From Tubiluchus corallicola (Eukaryota; Animalia; Priapulida), in the NCBI GenBank assembly GCA_030141605.1, contig JAQGDQ010000068.1:186001-250000 (forward strand): 64,000 nucleotides of DNA, in the 5' to 3' direction. A model generated the notes under the pieces. The model was not told the origin of the DNA. It did no database searches and saw only the letters and a program-made list of their open reading frames with translations. Shown here piece after piece: positions 12,131 to 36,699 of this stretch (its first letter is position 1; every line of letters begins with the position of its first letter). Position numbers and translations under genes: made by a program.

Positions 12131-13394
12131 TGCATAATGAAAATTTAATGCTTTTTTGTAAACCGGTTTGCAAGAAAGGAAGGAATGCTCACTTAAATGT
12201 AACGGAGTCAAATATATCCCGCACACTTCCGAATTCCGCATAGCACAAATTGTGGAACTCTCTTCCTCCTGACCTGATTGTGTTTCAAACAAAAAAGATA
12301 TAAGAAGCAACTGCTAGCTAAATTTGAAAATAATTAAAGATTTTATTTTATCACTCTCTCTCTCTGTACTTCATGGCTGTGATGCCAATTAGCTATTGAT
12401 CCAACTGTGTTTTTTCATTTAATTATGTTTTCAGTTTTGAAACACTCTGATTTGTAGATTCAGTTTGCTAGTACAAGTACGAAGTGTTAATGATGACGCC
12501 ATAAATTAATAATCTTCTTACGTGAATTACCGTTGTGCTATTTCAGGTAAATGTTTACTTTACATTTCTCTGCTTATGATTTGGTTGTATGGCCAATTTG
12601 CACATGTAGTAATATATTGCATGCATGAAAAAAAATATTTTGTTTTGCAATGAATTATAATTAGTACACTAATCTCCTACTTTATATTACCCTATTTATT
12701 TCTTTTATTTTTGCATTGCTGGTTTGCAATTTGCATATTTCGTAATAATTATGATTTTGACTTGTATGACGGTATTCTCAAATTTTAGAATTATACTTAG
12801 CGTAATATTATTGCATTTATATTTGGGTTATGATTTTGCATGACTTTTTTTGTTTACATAATTTTAATACGTTCATAAAATGCATGATGTTTTCAACTTA
12901 TTTTTTTGAGTTGAATGAGTTGATAGTAAAATTCGAGTCATATGCAAATCATGTCAGATTTAGCATACTAGTACAATTTGCTTGTTTATTTTCTCACTGT
13001 TTGTTTAAAACGTGAAGTTTTGTTCTTAATACCTTTTTTATATTATACACTTATTATATTATTTGATTATTGATTAAATGGTATAAATTTATAAATACAA
13101 CTGAGTTGGGGAGGCTGATTTGATAATGTATTTTTTGCCATCGCCAATTCCTATTTGATTGGCTATACTTAAACTGGTAGCTTAACTTTGTTTGATGGGA
13201 AAAACAATAAATGATTTGATTTAGTTTGATTAACGGATGGCCTTGCATGTTCTTTTACAAGTTTCTGTTTTATCAATACTAGTTGCTGTTGCCCATGCAA
13301 TATCGTCAGCATTTTGTGTAAGACTCGAAGGAGATCCACGGACCCGTAATTACTAGACCGAGTCCTCAGTGGAGCATTGCAATGGACTGCCATC

Positions 13395-14587
13395 TAGTGA
13401 CGTTTGCTTGAAACGATACTATCCCAAAATAAGGATCGGATTGCGGATATACATAGAAAATTGGAATGCGGACCAGATACCGATAAAAAATTAGTCGATC
13501 CGCTGATTTCTGACCGCAACCCTAGTTCGCAACTTCGTATCGGTAGCGAATCATCGAAATTCCCGGATCCGTAACATATTTGGTCCGCACATGAGATACA
13601 CGATCCGCTGAAAATCATCACGTATCTATTAGCAGCGATGCACAACTGCTCTACTAAATTAATTCAAATCCGCGTTTTTAGCAATTTTTCCCATCCGCAT
13701 CAAAAAAAGGCAAACTAAGACACTTATTTACAGTCGCTAGGTCAACAGACAACATTAGCCATAGGCTACTTTAAGCGACTTTTAAAGAATACAACAACAC
13801 TGAGACGCTATAAATATATAACACAGATAACAACTGTTTGTGCAGGTGAACGTAAGATTCGCACTCGCGGTGAAGCGCCCACAGTCCGTTACCATAACCA
13901 CTCGGCCCCTGTACTGAACTGCCAGCATGACTATTTTTAATTCAAATCCGCATAATAATCTGCATTTTTACCTTCGTTCAAAAAATAAAAATATTTTAAA
14001 TCAACGTTGCAATGTGTCTACTGGGTGGTTTGATTTTCATTGATTATTTGCGACTGTAAGAGGGACTATTAGAGCATCTCTATCTGATGTTATCGTGTTA
14101 TTTAACATTAGTATTTTTAATAACAAATAATATATTTTTCCACTGCTGCTGCTGTTGCTACTAACAGTAGATATCTTTATTGCTCATAATTATAATTTAT
14201 GCTGCACATTGGATACATGAAATTCGTTCATTTCGGTTCAGCTTTGCACAGTTTAGTAGAAAGAATTAGCACAACAAATTCGCAGCTGTAAGAAATTCGC
14301 AGCTACAACTTCAACTGTATATGAATTTAAATGATACAAATGAAATAAAGATTTAAAAAGAAAAAATATTTGATATTGAAACGTGTTTATAGTATAGCCT
14401 GCTATTAAGCGTTTTGATTGATGTGGGAACGTAAGAAAATTTAAAGCGATTTGTTCTTGCAAAGCACTCATTTAATGATTGTTGAAGCTAAGTATTATTT
14501 TCATTTATTCGTCATTTTCAATACCAGATTCGCAATCCGAACTATCCTTATTTGGGATCGTGCCGCGATCCGGTTTGCTCATCACTG
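13395..14587. mobile_element. Degenerate MITE-like element (hAT-like YAGTGA termini) upstream of ebony
   Basis: The left end TAGTGA...ATCCCAAAATAAGGATCGGATTGCG is inverted against the right end CGCAATCCGAACTATCCTTATTTGGGAT...TCACTG. Subterminal region is CGGATC-rich. No clean TSD. Confidence 0.45.
13856..13913 (-). repeat. tRNA-derived SINE head remnant
   Basis: Minus strand GGGGCCGAGTGGTTA (A-box-like) ... GAGTGCGAATC (B-box-like); no complete cloverleaf. Confidence 0.4.
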
Positions 14588-15749
14588 CTTCGCGTTCGCA
14601 ACTCGCAAGCTGGATAGGGCAACTACCATGTTATTAGCTTATTGCTGCAGTTGCCGTTTAGTTGCAACATCAGCAGCTGTGTTATTTAGAAAGTCAGTAA
14701 CTAGAAGTCTGATGATTTTAGTTTATGTGCTGCGTGACATTCTTCTGGTTTTCTGCGGCGGTGATTTAGTGAACATGTTAGCAGTTAAATAAGTAAATTA
14801 CCATGAACGTGTACTATGTCGTTTAGAAATAAGCTTCGTTACTGTAAGAGATAAAGTGCGTAAATTTTTAAGCGATTTCAATTCGGTACAAATAGAGGTG
14901 GTCAACCAGATTCATCGACCCATCGTGTTGTGTAATAGGCAGGTTTCGGCTAACATCGTGTGATGGAACAGGATGATCATAATACAAGAATTAACTAAAC
15001 TAATGATGCGTGCAGGCAGACCCTTAAAGTTAAAGTCTTTGACATTGTTACGGAGAATGGTAATAAATTTTCAGCTAACAAGTTAACAAATGTTCAACTT
15101 TTGTCAGTCAGCATCACATAAGTTTAATCTTATTGCAGCATCATAGTTAACTAGAGCTAGTTGCCAACATTTCTTGCTTAGTTGTCGGCCGAGACTGGCA
15201 CATATCATTTTTTTATTAGAAGCACAACTGTGTACCAATAAGTAATAATGATCGCTTAGCTGATTACGAGTAGTGAAAAAGAAGTAATTATTAGCATGTC
15301 AGAGACTTATTAGCATGAAATTTAACTCTGCTGGAAATGATTAAATAGATCTGTCAGAAAGCAGGGTTAGTGTAGTAACTAATGAGTAATAGTGTAAAGC
15401 TGTTATTAAATCTAGTTTTAATAATAGTAGGCCTATTGATATAATTATACATGAATAGTCATTGTTTTAATGAATTGAAAGACTCATTTCAATGAAAGAG
15501 TTCATGACATTCCATAAAAAATTAGAACGAATGCTCTAGAATATTCCAGTCTGAATGTTTTTTTAGGTAATTCCAAGATAGTGAATCTAGAATTCTAGAT
15601 GGTAGGTTATTCCAGCACACCATCTGGCCACCTATCATGCAGCATCTGATGTGGCATTTTATTACTCACATGCACATACATGAACTTGACATTTGTAATT
15701 ATAATTTTTTTGTAGGAAATAATTGAAGTATCCTAGCAGTAAACAAAAA

Positions 15750-18700
15750 ATGGCATCTAACGAAGGTCGGCCAAGTATTATGGTGGGTGATATTGTTCCA
15801 CAATTAGAATTCAATAGCCTGCATGATTTATTCGAGTCACTTTTGTGTGCAGATGAAGGACCAGAAAAGGCTGAACTACTAAAAAATGATGCAGTATTTT
15901 TTGATGGCATCCGTATTACTTTTGCTGAATTGAATGCAAAAGCAAACATATTAGCCCGAATACTTACAGAAAAAGTAACTGAAAGAAATGACCGTCAAGA
16001 GCTGTCAAAAAAGGACAAGATTGTGTTGGTAGACATGATGCCAAGTGACAGTTTGGTGATTAGTCTGTTTGCAATACATAAGATAAATGCAGCATATCTG
16101 CCAGTTGATCCCACCTTCCCATCTAGTCGTATAAAATATATAGTAGATGATGCAAAACCTTTGTTTATCTTGACTGACAATATATGGGTTTCTCTTGAGG
16201 AAGCTATGGTTAATCAGCATGAGCTGTACCCCGTGCATCTGTTTGCTGATCTGATGAAGCAAAGTGAGTTGGTTTCTGATAAAAATCTTGCTCATAACGA
16301 AAGACTGCCACATTCGTATCACACGCCACTCCTTGCTTGTGTTCTTTATACGTCTGGAAGTACAGGGTTACCAAAAGGTGTCAGAATACCTCACAAATCT
16401 GTTCTTAATCGACTTTTCTGGCAGTGGGATTGTTTTCCATATAACAAAGGTGATGTGGGATGTTTCAAAACTGCACTTACGTTTGTTGACCATATCCAAG
16501 AAATCTTTGGGGCTCTTCTTTATGGAGTTCCTCTGGTAGTGGTACCAGTAGCTACAACTCACAATCCACAAAGTCTGGTGATGTTATTGGAAACACGAGG
16601 CGTAACTCGGTTAGTAATGGTGCCTTCATTGTTAAGGATGCTTTTGGCTTATTTCCAATTAAATCCTTCAAAGAAATATTTATCAAAGCTTACTTTCTGG
16701 GTATGCAGTGGTGAGACATTACCCATTGATTTACTAAGAGACTTTTTTCAGTATTTTAATTCGGGCTACACTATGTGTAATTTCTATGGCAGTACAGAGA
16801 TAATGGGTGATGTAACGGCACAAAAATTTGATTCAATTGCCAGTGTAGAAGAAAATATGTACAAAGGTATAGTGCCAATAGGCAAGCCTATATACAATAC
16901 CATGATATGTTTGCTTGACGATAATCTAAAACCTGTCCGCATTGGTGAGACAGGTGAAATGTTTGTATCTGGTCTGAATCTTGCTGCTGGCTATGTTGGC
17001 AGATCCGAAGAAGCCAAACAGAGATTCATGCCAAACGCTTTGTGTGATTTGCCAGGATACAGTTTCATGTTTCGGACAGGCGACTATGCCAGGATTGCAA
17101 ATGATGTAATCGTATTTGAAGGAAGGAAAGATGCACAAGTGAAAGTCAGAGGTCACCGTGTTAATCTTACTGAAATTGAAAGTGCTGGAAAGGGCATTAC
17201 AGGTAATTAAGATGTTGTGCATTTACCGATCTTTTGTTGTGATGCGCACGTGAATGCTTCAGTTGGTCAGTGCATTTAAATTAAGCTACTAAAACCTTGA
17301 GAATTATTTACTGTTATTAGTGAGTTAATTTGTGTACAACATTTGATTATTTTAACATTTTATTATCTAATCATTTTATTTTGTCTTCATTACTTTTTTA
17401 TTTTTTGGTTTTGTTTTATCCCCGTCTTTTAATTCTACAGGTGTTGAGAAACTTGTAGCACTGTGCTATCACCCTAACAGAAAAACTCAAGCAATTGTGG
17501 TGTTTTTCAAGAGAGATGATGGTAGTAAACTGAGTGAAGTTGACGTGCAACACTACTTTCATAATAATCTTCCTTCATATATGCTCCCAGAGGTTATGAA
17601 TGTTGTTGAAATGCCATTGCTCATTAATGGCAAGATTGACAGACAGGCTCTGCTGTCCATGTACAGTGAAAGAATTCTAAAGACGAAAAGACTTTCTGTG
17701 TGTTGGAGCGACTTTTCTGGTGCAACTAGAGCTGTAGCTGAAACTGTTGTGTCAGCGACTGCACAAGTTCTCGCATTGCCCCCAAAACACGTTAGACTTA
17801 CTGACAATTTCTTCGAAATTGGAGGAAATTCTGTGAACGCAATTTTGTTTGTTGCTGAGGTTTACAATAGAGGGTACTTTGTAGCAATAACAGATTTTAT
17901 AAGTGCAACATCGCTGGAAAAAGTTATAGACATGTGTACGCCAGCAGTGGAAAAATCAAGGTTGCTAGAGCACCATACTCACGAGTTGTATGATGAATAC
18001 ATGTGCATTCCGCTTTCGGAATGTAGCAATCCTATGGCATTGTTGTATATTACTGCTGATAGTTTTTCTAGAAAGGGTGACATGGAACGCCACTTACCAG
18101 ATGTACAACCAGAGCTGTTTGCAGATTTCATGAAAACTTTTTGGGACGATGTTTTAAGATCCAAAGAAACTTTTGTGGTTCTGGATAAAAATGATAGGGT
18201 CTTGGCAGGTGCTATTAACTTTGACCTAGACAATGAGCCTAATGTGGTATTCCCACCAGAGTTGGCACCTATTCCAGCGGTGTTACAACGATCTGAAGAA
18301 GACGGCATTAAGGTTCTCAAACAGAGGGATGTGAAAAAGTGTCTGGTGAGCTTCATGATGGCGACGGATGTTTCTCTTCCATTTCAAGACAATGTGAAGC
18401 TCATAACATTAATGGAAGAAGAAGTGATAAATGTAGCAAGACGCTTTGGATATGAGTGCATACTTACTTCCAACACAAACGTCATAACCCAGGTAAGAGA
18501 TACAATGTTCTAAAGGAACAGAAACAGAAGGAAGGAGAAAAGGGGATTATGAATTGAGTGCAACAGAAAGAAGCAAAAGAATGAATGGGTTAGAAAAGGA
18601 GGGCATTAAGACAATGAAGGAAAGGAGAGCAAGGAAGAGGAGGGAAGAGTGAACAAAAATAGAGAATTCAAAAGAGGTCTCATTCGCTTGTTTACATGCT

Positions 18701-19489
18701 TCCACTATTTCAAGAGGAGAGAAGTAGAAAGATCAGAATAAGGAAGTGAAAGAGGCAAGGAAAAAAACAACCCAAAGATAATGCAACATTAAAAGCTAAT
18801 GATTTAAAAAAATTTATATATCTACTCTAATTATAAATAAATTAAAATACATTGTAACAGTGAAATGCACCTATTATTTAAATTTGTCATACTTTTATGA
18901 CCAAACAATTTTAAATGTGAAAATTCAAAACAGTTTGATCGACCATTTGAATAGCTCCTCGTTTAAGCAACACGACTGCTCATTTTCACCTTTGATGACA
19001 GAGAGAAAGTTATCTTAAATCTCTTAGGGGTAGCGAATTTACAATAAATTAAAATGTTAGTTTTTAATGAGATGCTTTCTGATCCTCTCAGAGAGTAGCT
19101 TTTAAGTTTATCAAAAACTGGATCTTTTAGCCTACTGTTTAATTTCTCCGCATTTCAATTCCATACTTAATACAAAATGCATCATTTTTATGTCAAATTA
19201 TGCGGCACCTGGTATGCAGCTGCTGTGCAGCATTTCTTTCAGATATGTTTATCTTTGTTTGAAACACAGCTCATACACATTTACGTTTGTGTTATGCTTT
19301 TTGGTGAAAATTAAATATTAATTAATGATTTTTTTATTACAGCAAATTTGCCGAAGCCATGGTTATGAAGAAGTTAGTCTGGTCGAATTTTGCAAGTTTG
19401 AATTTGAGGGCAGGTACCCTTTTTTAGATGCACCTCCAGGCCATGGGGCATTGTGTGCTATCAAATTTTTGAATTCTTCAGGACAGTAG
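15750..19489 (+). CDS. ebony: Ebony-type NRPS (beta-alanyl-biogenic amine synthetase), A-T-aaNAT-like C-terminal domain, about 883 aa; exons 15750-17202, 17441-18492, 19343-19489
   Basis: A-domain cores YTSGSTGLPKG, FKTALTFVD, NFYGSTE, FRTGDY, GRKDAQVKVRGHRV, LPSYMLP and NGKIDR. Ebony-typical VEKLVALCYH at the start of exon 2. T domain DNFFEIGGNS (Ser 17830-17832). C-terminal SFSRKGDME, SFMMAT, TSNTNVITQQI, RYPFLDAP. GT-AG introns with matching phases (1, 0); CDS 2652 nt. Confidence 0.95.
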
Positions 19490-19930
19490 CCAATTAGTAC
19501 ACATTATTACCATTATTTGCAGAGAATACCTAATTCCATTCTCTTGAATTTCAAGAAGCGTGTAATTTTTTATGAAACCTAACAGAAATAATTAATGGTA
19601 TGAAAAGCTTTAACAGACTTATTAAAGGAGAAATGTCATCTAACTAAAGGAATGCAGTTAAGCACTGGAAGTAACTATTTCCTGGCATGATGATGTCCTG
19701 GGTCAATCTTATAAAATATTAAATGTTTCTCAGAAAGGAAATAATAAATTCAGAAAAGTGAACAAATGTCGTAAGAAAATAAGGGGCATGTCAAGTCTTT
19801 GATAGTTCAGTCCCACCCATCTCCATTATGTGGATTCTCTAACATTTTCAAGTTCGCATTTGCTCATGCTCTTGTAATTATCCAGTATTTTTGGACATAT
19901 TTACTCTCAACTTTTCACATTTCCTCCTTT

Positions 19931-20415
19931 GGAATACTTGGAAAATAGACACTTAGGCAATAGACATTTGAATAGTAGGGCGTTTGGACAGTAGACATTT
20001 GGGCAATATATACGTGAGCATCACACTCGGGCAGTGGATACTTTAAGCACATGCTGCAGAATGATTTTACAAGGAACACTGCCAGTCTTGCTTGCTACCT
20101 ATTTACCTACCCACCTACCTGAAAATATAGAAAAATCAAAATAATAAAAAAGAAGAACGGGGTGGAGGGGAGAAGTTAAGAGAAGAAATGAGAAAAAAGA
20201 TAGATAGTTGGCGATTAATATTTAAAGAACTGTACAGTCACAGTGTCCGCTGTTAAAATGTTCTGCTGCATTTGCATTACGAAAGTATCCACTGCCCAAG
20301 TGTCCACTATCCACGTGTCTTTTGCTCAAATGTGCTACTGCCCATGTGTTGGCTGCTCAAGTGTCATTAGCCATTTGAAGTGTGCACGTCTCAAACGTTG
20401 TCTGTCCAAGTGACC
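19931..20415. mobile_element. Foldback/MITE-like element with inverted arms built of about 15-bp subrepeats
   Basis: Left arm 19931-20044 (ACTTGGGCARTAGAC-like units, ending GGGCAGTGGATACTTT) is inverted against right arm 20282-20415 (starting AAAGTATCCACTGCCC). Confidence 0.7.
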
Positions 20416-23400
20416 ATGATTGCAAAGGTCTGTTGTTCATGGGATTTGTTCTGTCTGTAATTGATAGTCTTAAAATTAAAATTATATGTACAAGCTTTTG
20501 CTTATATATAAAAGTTTAATTATTTGTTTGTTTATATAAATTGCCCCAAACAAGGCCAATTGAGCTAATTCATATATGTTTGAATTTAATATTTCGTTTT
20601 TGAATTTCCTAATATCTTGTTTTTAGTTTTTACATTTTACTCTGATGATGGGCTTGTTTATTTTCCAAATTGTTGCCTTGCCAGAATAGATGTCACTATG
20701 CTCTTTTCAACAATTGCTATTGTGTTGCTCCGTTAAACTAAAAATTAAAATGCGGTGTGCCACATTTTAGGAAAATGCTGAAATAGGTCCGAAAGCCCGA
20801 ATGTTTAAGAAAACATGCAAGCTCAGCTCAGATGAGTAATCTTATTGCCAAAACAGGTATTACTGAAAATGAAAGTGACACATGTATGATCAAATTATTT
20901 AACTTTTGAAGTATATTTAGATTTTTGTAAATATGAGCATTTATACTAACTTTTATGAGCACTATAATGCCATATGTAGTTGTATCGTACATACTGTTTT
21001 CTGAGCAAATTTGTTAAATTACTAATGAGCAGTTTACATTGTAATAATTATCAAACATCACTTCATTTCAAATATTTAAAACAACGACAGACAGTTTACA
21101 TCCTATGGTACCTCTGCTCATTTGTTCAACTTATTAACCATTACAATTATGTTTAATTTAACCATACAGTTTATTTGTCTGAGATTAAAAACATTTTCTT
21201 TGTTATAGTAAGTTCATTTACTATTTTCAAGGACTTTATTCCATCAGGTACAATTGATTAATGGTCGAAACTCCAGCTAAGAATCTCAAATTGTGTTTGT
21301 AGAGGTACATGACTATAGATGACCGTTTGGTCTTCTCCTTTTCCACTCCCTAATATATTTGATATTCAGTAATATTGCATTTTGCGTAATGTTATAACTT
21401 TTGCGTTATTATATTAATGGGTACATTATGTGGATGGGCAATGTTCTATGTCGTTAGTCATACTCATAGAGCTTTTCAGTTTGTTCATTATTCCCTACTT
21501 TAGATTAGTTTTAGTTGTGGCTGTTAGTTATTTTTTGTTAACGTTTGTTATTAACTTCCTCCAGGGTGCATTAGTATTCTCGTCACCAACTGTTTGTATT
21601 ATAAGGTCTCAACTTTTATGCAGCAAACCTATTTGCTAGAAAATCAATACTCGTTTTCACAGGCGTTTCTCCTGCTGTAGCATAGGCGTTTCCTGCAATA
21701 CTGAACTATTTTTTTGATGTAGGTCGACCACAAGTCTACAGTCTGAGTTGATAATTTTAGATATCTTACTATAAACGTAAACTATAGTAGGTGCATGTAT
21801 AACTTCTATGTAGAGTGAACCCAAATGCCGGAAATTGAATAAAGGTCAAAACTGTAGATGAACTATCACTGGGGGTTACGCTGTGCCTGTAATTTCTGCA
21901 GTCATTTTTGCGGAATTGACAATCGGTTTCTAACGTAAAAGTGAAAATAATTCCTGCACGTCGTTCTCGTATGTCTTCATAATGGGTTAAATTGTTGAAG
22001 TATGTTATAACTTTGTATGTTAAGTATATATTTGTTACATGGGTTATTTCATTTTTCAGAGTTTTTGTGTGTGTGGTAAAGCTAGACCTACACAAAAATT
22101 AATATTGATGATAGTGATTTAGCGAGTATGTATATGATGTGTGTACATTGCCTGTATTTTATACATGTTCAATATTGAAATAATAAAATTTATTGGTACA
22201 TTTTAGTTCATAAGTTACTCTTTTTATCTGTGATAATTATTTTTCTAGAAATTGCAATGGTGAAAACTCGTAAGTTCATTAAAAAAAGAAAATAAGCAAA
22301 GCGCGCTTTTTATTAAGTGCCATATTGAATAGCTACATTGAATGCTGGAACTAGAATTAAAACTTTATTGTGGGTGCAGCTTTCCTGTAATTGCAAACTC
22401 ACTAATTCAGATATATAAATTGCAGCACTATTCTCTCGTTACACCATTCGCGAGTAACAATGCACACTATAATCCTGTATATCCAGCTCGCATGGATAGA
22501 GTAATTCTGTAACAAAGAGTGATTTCTGTTTTCACTCTTATTACGTACATGTGTTCGCAAACCATAAAATTGATCGTAACTTTACGTAGTGATCACAGAA
22601 CTATTATTATTCCTGACGCAGTAGTAAGTGCATATATAATAACTTACACATTTAAAAGTTTAGTAAGTACATGTAGGTTAATTTTGCAATCATCATTAGA
22701 CATAAACAGAAGCAGTGAAATTTGTGGCTTCTATAATTACAACTTGTTACCCAAGTTACAATGCAGAGAATAATACGCAACAATGTTTACTTTGGCTACG
22801 TACTGGTATTGTCGAAATATAGGTTATCGAATGGTGTTTGTGGCAAGCAGATTCATAAAGCTGCTATTCAATTTTAATAAGTGGTGTATTTCAAACGCTT
22901 TCATCATAACTATACTATGGAAGGCGCAGCAAATAAAACAAGCAGTCTTTTATGGTAACTGTGATAGAGCGTGGGGATGCCAATAATACCATTATGCCAG
23001 ATAAAAACAAGGCGTTGTAAATCGTGAAATACGTATTAACTTATTTCATGGAAACCAGATGCAATTTATAAATATTCTGAAATCGCATTAACTTTAAATT
23101 TTAACAACGTATTTCTTATTGAAAGGTAAAATTTTGTATAACTTATACTCAATAATCGGTTTCCTGTACAGTGATAGTGTGTTACAAGATTATGGCGGGC
23201 ATTCAGTCTCTGGGTAATATAGCCTTGTAAAGCTGAATTGTACACAGAGGTGGGCAAATGTGATTGGAATACATGCACGTAAATTAAGGAACAACTTTAT
23301 CTTATTATTTAAGTTATCTCTAAATTAATAAACGCTGAAGAAGCAAATGAACTTGGTGGCATTTTGGTGTGTGCTTGTGCGTGTTTGTCAGAGTGTCTGT

Positions 23401-23996
23401 TTGTGTGTTTTTAGAAGATATCAACGAAATGAGTTATGAATGACTTGAATTGCAGAATTTAGACTTAATTTTCACGAGATAGAATAGACACATGATTGAT
23501 TCTGAGGAAATAAGATGTTTTCCCAATGTAGTAAAAGATACCATCTTTCCATTGCTGTCCTCATAGACTCGCACTTCAAGACGAACAGTTGGATGTATTT
23601 TAGAGAATCCCTAGAATTTGTCGCCGCTTAGCTCAAGCCAGTCCAGTTTTCGGTACTGCAAGTATATGAATAAGTTTACCTATGGGTTAATACATTTAAC
23701 ATCGAAAAAAATAATTGCAACGTTCTTCAGTTGTGGACTTTTCTCAGAGTTTGAGAAAAGAAAGCGGAAAATGTTAATTTAATTGCTTGCAGAACTGCTT
23801 CGTGGTGTTGTCGATGTTACTTATTAGGACTAATGCTGTTGCCAGTAATGATGCTCTTGTTCTTGTTAGACGTGCACAACAAATCAACGACTCAGTGTAT
23901 TTGTAAGACTGGATGTCAAAGTTTTGCAGTTACTATAAAACCCCGCGTTGCTGTTTTTGTACATTTTGTTGCAGTTCGTTTTTAATACAAGTGCAA

Positions 23997-24503
23997 CCGT
24001 CGGCTCTACCATTACGCAAACTAGGTAGTTGCCTAGGAACCCTAATTCTGTAAGAAATTCTTTAATTTTGAAGTTTAGCCTAAGTTATAACATACTGTAT
24101 GTGCAGAATTCTTTAAGTTGGAACAGTTAACGAAACGAAACGAACTAGTTGCGTTATTTTCCAGTCAAAATGTATGAGTTATTAATGCTAGCAAATATCT
24201 TCTCGTTGCAAAACACCTAGAAAGTCATTTCACACACCCAAGACGTACAATAATGTCATAAATTCAATTTCAAATTCAATCAACACAAGCTGTAGATAGG
24301 TGACTACGCTTAATTAGTACATTCATTATAATGCATGTAAGAGCCTACCACACAGGTACCATTATACGTTACTGTGCTATTATAACATAAGAAAAATTCA
24401 ATTTTGCGGGTGTGGCGTGGACCGTGGGGGAAGGGTTGATCGTTGAGGAGGGGGCGCTAAAAATACTTTTGCCTAGGCGTCAAACTACCTAAAGGCAACC
24501 CCT
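23997..24503. mobile_element. Probable non-autonomous DNA element (hAT-like MITE)
   Basis: CGGCTCTACC...TAGGTAGTTGCCTAGG near the left end and CCTAGGCGTCAAACTACCTA...CCCCTG at the right end form imperfect inverted termini. Confidence 0.4.
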
Positions 24504-24544
24504 GGGTACAACTTGCACAATATCAGTTGTGAAATGTATACAGT

Positions 24545-35479
<10,935 letters not shown>

Positions 35480-36699
35480 GGTCAAAGTGCCTTTAGTCAC
35501 ATTGGCTGATCGGCGCTTTTACACACTGTGAGAATTTATTGTGTTTTTGTGTCGTCCACAGTAGAATAATTACAATAAACTTTTAAATTATGGTTGCACA
35601 GTTGGCACTTGCATAGTTTTTTCAGCAGAAAATGCACTATTACAAAGGTGAACCTTGCTCAGAAATTACCTTAGCATATTTGACTGCAATATTTGCTTTT
35701 GATAATTAGCTCCAATGTAGCTTGAATGCTATAATATCTCAAGCAAACCAAAGCTCCACATCGGAAGCATCTTGTAAAGTAAGAACTCATTAATTCAAAA
35801 ATAAGATCTTTCTGCCACGGATTAATTAAAAGTCTGGCTAAATGAACGACTTCAATATAAAGAATGTATGAATTAAAGAGGAACGACTTGGAAGCAACCC
35901 AATAACTCTTGTTAGTGGCAATGAAGTACGCTCTTTCTAGTCTGCCTTTCAAGAAGTGAAGAAAATTTTACAGCCATAATACAGGTAAAAATTTGACTGT
36001 TGCAGTTGCACTGGAAGGACCAAACAAGACTGAAAACATGTCAGGTATTTGCTACATATCCGAGGCAGTAACATGATCAGACTGTTGACAGATGAGCATG
36101 ACAGCATTAAAATAGAAAATACATAAGGACGAGGAGAAGAGGACAAGGGTTGGCAGTGTCGTGAAAGAAGTAGTATAAAATAGGAAGACAGGACACTAGT
36201 AACTGACACAAGAAACTGTGTCTTCTCCTGTTCTGTCCTGTCTGTGACGTGTTTTGCTACAACCAGTGCCGTGCTGTCGTAAACGATTAATAACTTAACG
36301 ATTTTTAAAGTCGACAACAAAATTATATTACATGTATAAGTAAACATATACAGGCACTCACGCTATCATAAAAAGAAAACAATATTTGTTAAAAGCTCAT
36401 AAAACGTGAGAAAGCACTTCACAAATATTTTGACTTGCAGCTGCAGTCATCAGTTGTGATAGATTATATATATTAAAATATTTTTACAAAACAATATTAT
36501 AAAAGTACATTAATTTTTACATGACATTTACACTATATATACATTTGTTAGGCACAATTAACAGAACACGCTTTACATTACGTACATTTCACTCATTACA
36601 TTTACACCATTTATACATTTGACATTACATAATTAACGCAACACGCATTACATTACATAAATTTTTTATTCTTAATCATTTTGTGGAGTCAGGGCGGGG

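Noticed and set aside
15723-18513. Bacterial NRPS by horizontal transfer or contamination
   Set aside because: Spliceosomal introns with matching phases and ebony-specific motifs show a native animal gene
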